From a virus (taxonomy: Duplodnaviria; Caudoviricetes), in the IMG/VR virus record IMGVR_UViG_3300029288_000118, positions 29,987 through 93,986 of that record: a DNA stretch of 64,000 bases. One strand, 5' to 3'. Of the stretch, positions 29,946 through 37,429 are shown piece by piece (positions within the stretch are counted from its first letter, which is position 1; every line of letters begins with the position of its first letter). A program made the translations under genes and the position numbers. A model generated the notes under the pieces. That model saw nothing but the letters and a program-made list of their open reading frames with translations, ran no database searches and was not told where the DNA came from.

Positions 29946-30331
29946 AAAAGTTATTTTTATTATTTGTGACAATGATTGTCTGCACAATAGATGCATCTGG
30001 ACAATCTAATGTAGAGTATACCCCTAATTTCAAATTCAGAACTATCAAAAAAGGATATACAGGGGATTGGGCTGGATCCCAGAGGGACACAACGGCAAAC
30101 AGCGGATTAAACTACAATGCATTAATGAATGAAATATTGTGGAGTATGATATTTACATCGACTTATTCAGTGAATCAAACACTGAAAGACTCGGTATTAA
30201 ACGGTGGTCGATTACAGCTTCATACGATAGTAGCTGGAGATAGTGTGTTTGGCAGGATATTCGTGCGAGATACCGATACAACTCTCGTGTTTTGGAATGG
30301 AGGATGGAAAGTGATTAAAGATTTAAGGTAG
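29942..30331 (+). CDS. Exported protein with a fibre-N-terminus-like motif
   Basis: Signal peptide ending DASG-Q; YTPNF.F....G..GDW......GLNYN. Confidence 0.55.
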   Translation: MKKLFLLFVTMIVCTIDASGQSNVEYTPNFKFRTIKKGYTGDWAGSQRDTTANSGLNYNALMNEILWSMIFTSTYSVNQTLKDSVLNGGRLQLHTIVAGDSVFGRIFVRDTDTTLVFWNGGWKVIKDLR

Positions 30332-30370
30332 CTTAATTAATTATTCAACAACTAATTTAAAGGTGTTATC

Positions 30371-31027
30371 ATGAAAAAGATAGCAATTACTTTATTATTC
30401 CTTATCGGAATAATTTCACTATCAGCTTCTCAGAACTTGCTGATAAAAACGAATGAGGGATGGAAAGCTCTTGACGGTACATTCAATTATGATAATAATA
30501 ATATTTCCATACCTCAGCCAGTTACAGAGGGAGTGATATTGCCTTCGGCAAGTACTCATATTTGGGCTGCTGGTGGCTCAGTGATCGCTGATACGCTGGG
30601 GACGGACGTTTCTTGCTCTAATGGAGCACGATATTGGGTAGAACTCATGATCCCTTATAATGTGACATTGACAGGCTTGTCTTATTTAGTAGGCTCAGTG
30701 GGCGGGACTGATTCTGTGGTAGTTCAGTTATGTAGTTCAACAGGAGTTGAGGTTGCGACTTCACGAGCACCTGGTTCTGCTGCCGTAATAGTAGGAACCG
30801 CAAAACAATTTCAGAGCGTTCCGTTTACTACGCCTTATGTGGCTAAAGCAGGTCTGTATTATGCAACAGTACAATTTAATGGCACGACAGCAAAATTCAG
30901 GACATATTCAGTGCCAGGAAGCAAGTTTATAGGTGCTTCAGCGGCCGGGACCTGGCAAACGAAAGCCAACATTACGCCAGGAACGACGTTCACGGTGGAT
31001 AAAGCACCTATCATAATAACGTATTAA
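30371..31027 (+). CDS. Exported beta-sandwich protein
   Basis: Signal peptide ending SLSAS-Q; VTLTGLSY.VG...QSVPFTTPYVAKAGLYY. Confidence 0.6.
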   Translation: MKKIAITLLFLIGIISLSASQNLLIKTNEGWKALDGTFNYDNNNISIPQPVTEGVILPSASTHIWAAGGSVIADTLGTDVSCSNGARYWVELMIPYNVTLTGLSYLVGSVGGTDSVVVQLCSSTGVEVATSRAPGSAAVIVGTAKQFQSVPFTTPYVAKAGLYYATVQFNGTTAKFRTYSVPGSKFIGASAAGTWQTKANITPGTTFTVDKAPIIITY

Positions 31028-31057
31028 ATATTTAACGAGAAAGAAAAAGGTGAGCTT

Positions 31058-32716
31058 ATGCAAGGCGGATTATTCAATAAATCGGGGTTATTTATAACCC
31101 TTAAAATGCTTGATACTGCATTTAATCTAAGAAGCGAGGCATTGAGTGCTATGTTTGAAAAAATGTCTTCTCAATACGGAATTATTCTTCAGAGAAGTCA
31201 ATCCGCCTTGCTGAGAACAAATATCTTAACAGGAAACAATACAAATTTTGCTGCTGGTCTAGGTGACTGGAGTGGTTCAGGTACAACTTGGGATAGTGTT
31301 GGTAACAGGATGAAGATTACAAGTGGTATAGCAACCATCTATTTAAACTTATTGGCGTACGGTTATGGGACATACAGGATATCTTTCACGATGGCAACTG
31401 GATCAGTCCATTACGTGAGATTGAACGGAGAGCTTGTTACTTTTTCTTCTGGCAGCTCCATATCTTGGACTGGACTCATTACTATCACATCTGGGAATCT
31501 GGCTAATATGTCATTAAGTATTGAAGCGGATACTGGAGCGATACTATATGTAGATAATATTGTATTCGAGGCATTAAATACTTTTGTGAACTCAGATGAT
31601 GGCTTCTGTTCTATCGATGGCACAGACGTGGAAATAAAAGCGTTTGATGCGATAGTTAAAGACACGGATGGCATGATGAAATCAATAATCGTTCCCAGTG
31701 ATGATAGTATTGATTTTAATGGAACGCATGCAGATGGAACATGGAAAGTTCTTGCGCAGGTTAAGAAGGTTTATAATGAAGAGGGGACTATAGCATTTAC
31801 TAACGGGAGCAAGAATGTAACAGGGACGGGCACGGAATTCACGAAACGTCTCGGCAGGAGAATGAAACTCGTTATAGTAGATAGCACTTTAGGTAACGAT
31901 GGTGTGTATGAGATATCAACAATAACGGATGATACCCATCTCGTATTAAAAAATACATACACAGGTACATCAGAAAGTGATTTACCTTTTTCTTCAGGCG
32001 CAGTATTTCCGGATGTGAGTTTCCTACCAGCTACATATTCAGAGTACAGAGCTTATGAAATGGAATCTTATGAATTCGTAGTAACTCAGGATGCCGTAGG
32101 TTCACATCAAATATATTTATGCGATGTTGTAATAGCCGGAGGCGTACCAGTTTCAGTAGAAGACAAGAGAACGGCTTTTACATTGTCTCCTCATGCACAT
32201 TATTTGTCGGACATAACAGATTTTATGGTTAAAGCTGGAAAAATCTTAGGAGAAGGAACGGGCAAAGCGGTTGACGGTGCTACAGTAGTAGTGAATGAAG
32301 CTGGCGAATTAGCTGTGGACTCAGACGGGCTGGTTGACGATGATACGATAGAGGTTGACGACGATGGAAAACTTGCATTAAAAAGTTTAGGCTATCAAAT
32401 ATATTGGGCAAAAATTACACAATCCGGCACTGCTGATCCAAGTTTAATAGTAGTTAAAAACGATCTCGATGGAGCTGCACCAGCGTTTACCCGTCACACG
32501 AATGGAGAATATTATGCGGACTTTGAAGGCGGTGCGGACGTTAATAAAGTGTTTGCCAGAATAAACCAAGCGAGGGGAGCACAAAAAGTATTGCAAAGTG
32601 ACGTTGTATATTATTCCGGGAAGATGAGAGTTTGGATATACTCACTTAATTCAAGTTTTGTAGTTGCCGACAGTTTGTTGACTGGTGACTTGTTAGAGAT
32701 TGTTGTTATGCCCTAA
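31058..32716 (+). CDS. Baseplate-attached tail fibre/receptor-binding protein (no signal peptide)
   Basis: CBM-like N-domain; GTIAFTNGSKNVTGTGTEF, VEDKR, PHAH..SDITDF and VDDDTIEV motifs. Confidence 0.75.
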   Translation: MQGGLFNKSGLFITLKMLDTAFNLRSEALSAMFEKMSSQYGIILQRSQSALLRTNILTGNNTNFAAGLGDWSGSGTTWDSVGNRMKITSGIATIYLNLLAYGYGTYRISFTMATGSVHYVRLNGELVTFSSGSSISWTGLITITSGNLANMSLSIEADTGAILYVDNIVFEALNTFVNSDDGFCSIDGTDVEIKAFDAIVKDTDGMMKSIIVPSDDSIDFNGTHADGTWKVLAQVKKVYNEEGTIAFTNGSKNVTGTGTEFTKRLGRRMKLVIVDSTLGNDGVYEISTITDDTHLVLKNTYTGTSESDLPFSSGAVFPDVSFLPATYSEYRAYEMESYEFVVTQDAVGSHQIYLCDVVIAGGVPVSVEDKRTAFTLSPHAHYLSDITDFMVKAGKILGEGTGKAVDGATVVVNEAGELAVDSDGLVDDDTIEVDDDGKLALKSLGYQIYWAKITQSGTADPSLIVVKNDLDGAAPAFTRHTNGEYYADFEGGADVNKVFARINQARGAQKVLQSDVVYYSGKMRVWIYSLNSSFVVADSLLTGDLLEIVVMP

Positions 32717-32759
32717 AGATAATAATTAGAGCACGAATCAGGTCTCTATTGGGTTACAT

Positions 32760-32789
32760 ATTATATTATAGTACATTATATTACAGTAC
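32760..32789. repeat. 15-bp tandem repeat upstream of the endolysin gene
   Basis: ATTATATTATAGTAC ATTATATTACAGTAC. Confidence 0.7.
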
Positions 32790-32804
32790 ATAACAAAGAT
32801 TACT

Positions 32805-33218
32805 ATGGCTGATATTAATTTATCGTTCAAGAAAACATTTAAAAACGAGGGTGGTTATACTCATAACTCTCATGACACAGGGAAAGAAACATATAAAGGC
32901 ATCAGTATCGTATTTAATCCTGACTGGCCGGGTTGGAAGATAATACACAAAACAATTAAATCTCTGGGAATCAATAACACACTCGATTGTTCATTATCAA
33001 CGAGAACAAAAATTGATAATGCTCTTGAGAATCTACCTGAATTACAAGAGCAGGTTATAAAACTCTACAAAGTTAAATACTGGGATCCACTTAATCTCGA
33101 TAACGAGCCAAATCAGATTATTGCTGATTCAGTATTTGATAGCGCGGTATTGATAGGAGTTATGCGAGAAAAAAAATCTATAGAAGATGCAAGGAAGAAA
33201 GCCGATGAAATCATTTAA
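32805..33218 (+). CDS. Endolysin, glycosyl hydrolase family 108
   Basis: EGGY...D.GKETYKGIS, YKVKYWD and VFDSAVL.G motifs; no C-terminal PG-binding domain. Confidence 0.88.
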   Translation: MADINLSFKKTFKNEGGYTHNSHDTGKETYKGISIVFNPDWPGWKIIHKTIKSLGINNTLDCSLSTRTKIDNALENLPELQEQVIKLYKVKYWDPLNLDNEPNQIIADSVFDSAVLIGVMREKKSIEDARKKADEII

Positions 33219-33531
33219 TATATGCATACTTATAATTACTGCTTTATTCACAGGTTGTTTTCAGAAAAGTAATAATACCTATCCTCAGAGCAGAGAACTC
33301 AAAATGATTGATAGTCTGAAAACAGTGATAGCTCAAAAAGACTCCGCTTATAATGAATTAAAAAACGATTATAAAGCCTGGATTACTCTAACATTTGACA
33401 CAGAAAATCATTGCCTTGTATTTGCCGAATCTGTTAAAAAAAACCCAAAAAACACTGTATTTATAGTAGGTTGGACAAAAAGGACATTCAACTGGGCGCA
33501 CGAGTGGAAAAAAAATAAAAAAATAACTTGA
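33205..33531 (+). CDS. Lipoprotein, spanin-like
   Basis: Lipobox LFTG-C, coiled coil, overlaps the end of the endolysin gene. Confidence 0.55.
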   Translation: MKSFNICILIITALFTGCFQKSNNTYPQSRELKMIDSLKTVIAQKDSAYNELKNDYKAWITLTFDTENHCLVFAESVKKNPKNTVFIVGWTKRTFNWAHEWKKNKKIT

Positions 33532-33555
33532 CAATAAAAAGATATCTTTTATATT
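33528..33555 (+). promoter_or_regulatory. Sigma70-type early promoter containing a 14-bp palindrome
   Basis: TTGACA-N16-TATATT; AAAAGATATCTTTT at 33537-33550. Confidence 0.65.
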
Positions 33556-33592
33556 ACTTGTTGTTAATAACAAGTAAGTAAAGGATAAAACG

Positions 33593-33781
33593 ATGTCAAG
33601 AACCATTAACCCCTCCAAATTTAAAAAACTGAGAAAGAAACTTGGATTATCAATTCAGGCTGTCGCGCTGGAGATGATGAATCAAGTATCGTTCAGCACA
33701 CTTTACAACTTCGAGCACGGAATGCCTGTTAGCGATAAAACAAAAGAAGAAATAAATAAATGGATAACAACAAAAAATTAA
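33593..33781 (+). CDS. Cro/XRE-family HTH regulator
   Basis: KKLRKKLGLSIQAVA...VSFSTLYNFEHG. Confidence 0.85.
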   Translation: MSRTINPSKFKKLRKKLGLSIQAVALEMMNQVSFSTLYNFEHGMPVSDKTKEEINKWITTKN

Positions 33782-33806
33782 CCATACAACGTAAAGGAGA
33801 AAAACG

Positions 33807-34217
33807 ATGAAAACACTGATCTATATACTTGCCGTAATAGCACTACTGTCGTTTACATCATGTGAAAAAGAATATCCGGTATACATCCAAAAAGAACCCG
33901 AATATAAAATGTGCACGGGTTTTATTTCTCAATACGGCACAGACGATCCGATAGTAACAACCACGTATAATACTCTTCCCGGCGAAATAAGATGGAAAAG
34001 GTTCGCTGTAGGCATGTATGAGGGATATCTTAAAAACGCTTTTAAACCTTATGGGAAAACAATTTGTATTATTTCCTCTGGATATGCAGGTTATTATTAT
34101 TTTTCAAGAGGGAGCGATGATACTATCAATTTATATTCGTTTTCGTATTTAACCGATACCTATGCAGATAACTCAATCGAGTATGTATCATTTTTAATAC
34201 TTGTGTGCCCTGAATAA
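33807..34217 (+). CDS. Lipoprotein made of a tail-fibre C-terminal-like domain
   Basis: Lipobox SFTS-C; mature part aligns with the C-terminal ~105 aa of 31058-32716. Confidence 0.7.
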   Translation: MKTLIYILAVIALLSFTSCEKEYPVYIQKEPEYKMCTGFISQYGTDDPIVTTTYNTLPGEIRWKRFAVGMYEGYLKNAFKPYGKTICIISSGYAGYYYFSRGSDDTINLYSFSYLTDTYADNSIEYVSFLILVCPE

Positions 34218-34243
34218 ACTATATAATATAAAGGAGTTTTATT

Positions 34244-35383
34244 ATGGCAGAAGAACAATCATCTCACACAGACCAGCTTAAAAGTCTGTATACACAATAT
34301 CCGAAAGATAAGTACAACATACTTTTCCCGACGGAAACACTGATGCAACTTTCCCCCCTGCAACAAGTGAACTATGAATTGTTATACATAGACCCGACAC
34401 CAATGCCTCAAGGGCAAGATGTATTCAGTATTGGTAAAAAGGAATTCGATGAAAAATGGATAGAAGTATTCTCATTTAGCAAAACAGCCTTACAGAAACT
34501 TGCTCACGCAGCGGGGATCCAAATTGATCATTCCAGTTCCGGTTATATACCGACAGGCAATCCAAGAAGTGCGGGATATAAAATTGTTGGAGCAATTCAA
34601 AAGCCGGACGGCACATGGCAGAGACTAACCCAATCAAAAGTTGTGGATGTCGATGTCACAGTTGAAAAAACGAGGTTTAAATATGAAAGCCTACTTCAAG
34701 CTGGTAAACTCTCGACTGGTAGTGGAGACAAAAAGAAAATCTACAAAAACGATACGGAGGGTAAAAAATACATCGAAAACAAGATCAAAGAAGAAGAACT
34801 CAGGATTTTAGAGTTCAAAGAAGCACTGGCAGAAACAAAGGCTTATACGCGTTTAGTTAGAGCATTACTTGCTCTGAAGGGCTACTATACACGAGAGGAA
34901 TTAAAAAAGCCATTCGTAGTTGTTAAGATATCGCTTAACATTCATTACATGATGTCAAACGATTCGATGAAACAACAATTGGTATCACATGCCATTGCGA
35001 GTCAGAATGCTATGTTTGGATTACCACCAGCCGAGATTCAACAACGTAGACAACTTTCACAAAACGTAGAAGTTACGGATGCGGTAGTAGTAGGGGACGA
35101 TGGGGACGATGATTTAGAAAAGACTCCAAAATTAGAAATTGAACCCCAGGGTAACCCTGTCCGCGATGTTCCACTTCCAGAGGTTATTGATTTATTTAAA
35201 AAAGCAAAACCTCAAGATCGAATTGAATCACTAAAGTCATGGATTGAACGCAAGGGATACACGCCAAAACCGGGACTTCCGAAGCCAGAAGAAATGACTT
35301 TAGAAGAGCAAGTTAAATATCTTACCCATTTGCACGGGCTGAAAGATGTTGAAAAAACAGAGGAACGGGATTTAATTTTCTAA
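34244..35383 (+). CDS. Putative single-strand annealing/recombination protein
   Basis: KTALQKLAHAAGI and AETKA..R..R..L.LK..YT.EELKKPFVV motifs; upstream of sbcDC. Confidence 0.45.
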   Translation: MAEEQSSHTDQLKSLYTQYPKDKYNILFPTETLMQLSPLQQVNYELLYIDPTPMPQGQDVFSIGKKEFDEKWIEVFSFSKTALQKLAHAAGIQIDHSSSGYIPTGNPRSAGYKIVGAIQKPDGTWQRLTQSKVVDVDVTVEKTRFKYESLLQAGKLSTGSGDKKKIYKNDTEGKKYIENKIKEEELRILEFKEALAETKAYTRLVRALLALKGYYTREELKKPFVVVKISLNIHYMMSNDSMKQQLVSHAIASQNAMFGLPPAEIQQRRQLSQNVEVTDAVVVGDDGDDDLEKTPKLEIEPQGNPVRDVPLPEVIDLFKKAKPQDRIESLKSWIERKGYTPKPGLPKPEEMTLEEQVKYLTHLHGLKDVEKTEERDLIF

Positions 35384-35536
35384 TTATCAGGCAGGATGCT
35401 GTTTCGACTTTTTAATTTTCCCCCCTTAATTAAAAGGTCTAATGGTATCCTGTTATTATATTCAGCCCGCCTTAAATCGGCGGGATTATATTGCGTTCGC
35501 AAGGAAAGGAGGTATCTGAAGCAGGTGCGTATCGTT

Positions 35537-35610
35537 CGAGAATAGAGTGTAGAGTAAACAGCACAGCAGACTTGCAATCTGAAAGTGGAGTTCGATTCTC
35601 CAGTTCTCGA
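35537..35610 (+). tRNA. Atypical tRNA-like gene, anticodon TGC (nominally Ala)
   Basis: Cloverleaf: acceptor CGAGAAT/GTTCTCG, D-stem GTGT/GCAC, loop CTTGCAA, T-arm TGGAG-TTCGATT-CTCCA; lacks U8, D-loop GG and G3:U70. Confidence 0.6.
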
Positions 35611-35778
35611 TTTAAAGATACAAAGGTTTAACTGAGGTTAAATCGACGAGGCGGACATGAAAAGTTACATGCGACCGCTAAACCTAAACTAAACAACATA
35701 CATCATATTAATAGAGATGATAGCACTCACGGGTGCAGAGTCATGAATGCAATTGGGCACTCTGCACCTATATTTAAC

Positions 35779-35807
35779 TTGACAACGGAAATATTATTTA
35801 TTAAAAT
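35779..35807 (+). promoter_or_regulatory. Sigma70-type promoter for the sbcD operon
   Basis: TTGACA-N17-TAAAAT. Confidence 0.75.
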
Positions 35808-35835
35808 TGAACATCATAAAACGTAAAGGTCATAT

Positions 35836-37059
35836 ATGAAAATCCTGCACATTGCTGATCTCCATTGGTCCACAAAACATCTTTCCAAATGCATCAATTC
35901 TTCCATTCAAATAGAAACTATTGCGAAAGATGAGCAACCAGAACTAATAATAATTTCCGGAGACATTCAGGATAGCATACTAACGGTCGAAGACGAAACA
36001 GCGTATGCTCCGATGCTGAAGCATATTCAGATATTAGCCGATATTTCACCGATGGTGATTTTATACGGCAATGACAATCATGACGCACCAAAGAGTTTGG
36101 ATCCAATAAAACTTCTTGAAACGCAACATCCAATATGCATTTCAGATTATCCGCAAACATTATACATGCAAGATCATTATGGTGAAAAATCTTTTTACAC
36201 AGAGCCAGAAGATAAAAACACTATTTGTACCATTCATACCCTTCCGTACCCTACAAAAGAATTTCTACTCCGAGAGCAAAAAGAAAATCAGCAGATCGAC
36301 GATCTTAATCAACTTGCTATTGATAATTTAAAAATGATATTCACAGGAATGCAGACACGCAATATTGACGGGATTCCAACCATACTGGCATTTCACGGCA
36401 ATGTATCCGATTCAAAAATCAGCAATGGTCAAACTATCAGCACTCATGCAAAAGACATTATAATACGTAAAGACGATCTTGAATTATCCGGCGCGGATTA
36501 CATAGCTGGAGGACATATACATTTGAATCAAATGTTCTCTCCAAAAGGCGGATACGCTGGAAGCACGTATCATGTGAACTGGGGGGAGACCGAAAAGAAA
36601 TTCGTAAATTGCGTAGAGATTGAACCTGGAAAACTACCTAAGATCAGAGCCATTGAACTAACGTCTACGCGACCAATGGTAAAGCATGAATGTGAAATTA
36701 CTAAAAGCGGTTCAATTCGAGACAAAAATGAAGTAGCGGATTGTTGTGTAGAAAATGATTGGCAGGGAGCGGATCTTCGAGTAAGAGTAACAATGGATGA
36801 AGAACAGCGTAAGACTTATGATGAAAACATTGTTAAACAATTCTATGCAGGTGCATTCAGCTATCAAATTGAACCGGAAACTATTTATGTTGAGAGATCA
36901 AGGAGCGAAAACATAGGGAGGGCGACAAATTTAGTAGATCAATTCAAAGAATGGGCTACGGCTGTAAATAAAGAAGACAAGATAACAGAAGATGTGATAT
37001 CCGAGATTCATGAAATCGAATTAGAATATAACAAGAAAGGAATGTATAACAATGAGTAG
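35836..37059 (+). CDS. sbcD: SbcD/Mre11-like nuclease
   Basis: ADLH, SGD, GNDNHD, AFHG and GHIH metallophosphoesterase motifs. Confidence 0.9.
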   Translation: MKILHIADLHWSTKHLSKCINSSIQIETIAKDEQPELIIISGDIQDSILTVEDETAYAPMLKHIQILADISPMVILYGNDNHDAPKSLDPIKLLETQHPICISDYPQTLYMQDHYGEKSFYTEPEDKNTICTIHTLPYPTKEFLLREQKENQQIDDLNQLAIDNLKMIFTGMQTRNIDGIPTILAFHGNVSDSKISNGQTISTHAKDIIIRKDDLELSGADYIAGGHIHLNQMFSPKGGYAGSTYHVNWGETEKKFVNCVEIEPGKLPKIRAIELTSTRPMVKHECEITKSGSIRDKNEVADCCVENDWQGADLRVRVTMDEEQRKTYDENIVKQFYAGAFSYQIEPETIYVERSRSENIGRATNLVDQFKEWATAVNKEDKITEDVISEIHEIELEYNKKGMYNNE

Positions 37060-37396
37060 TAAATATAGAATACCAGCGGGCTGGGCAAATATCTATGTAA
37101 AAATCTCGTTGACCGGGTTTGCCAGCGTAGCAATAGCATATTTATTGATCATAATCATGGGGAACTTAAATAAGCCTGATTTTAAAAAATCATCAGTAGT
37201 AGCATCTGGAAATACAAGAATTGAAATACAAGTTGTAAAAAAGGACACGGTTTACATAGTACATTGTTATAGCTATGGGCATGACCAGTGTTGGGTTAAA
37301 GTAGGAATTTTTAATTCTTCAGAAGAAGCTAATAGAGTAGCATCGGCTATTGATAAACTATCTTCATCTCCAACGAAGCCAGAAAACAAAGAATAA
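37052..37396 (+). CDS. Membrane-anchored protein with SPOR-like motif
   Basis: N-terminal TM helix; WVKVGIFNSSEEANRV. Confidence 0.5.
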   Translation: MSSKYRIPAGWANIYVKISLTGFASVAIAYLLIIIMGNLNKPDFKKSSVVASGNTRIEIQVVKKDTVYIVHCYSYGHDQCWVKVGIFNSSEEANRVASAIDKLSSSPTKPENKE

Positions 37397-37429
37397 AACG
37401 ATGAAATTATAATGTAAAGGATAAATGAA

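Noticed and set aside
32760-32789. CRISPR array or replication iterons
   Set aside because: Only two adjacent 15-bp units with no spacers, far from the initiator gene; no CRISPR array was seen anywhere in the window
35390-35410. tmRNA 5' end suggested by GGATGCTGTTTCGAC
   Set aside because: The segment pairs locally in a hairpin; no matching 3' acceptor half or tag reading frame was found
35380-35577. 65-aa minus-strand ORF in the large intergenic gap
   Set aside because: No RBS or motif, and it overlaps the tRNA-like gene and hairpins, which explain the region better
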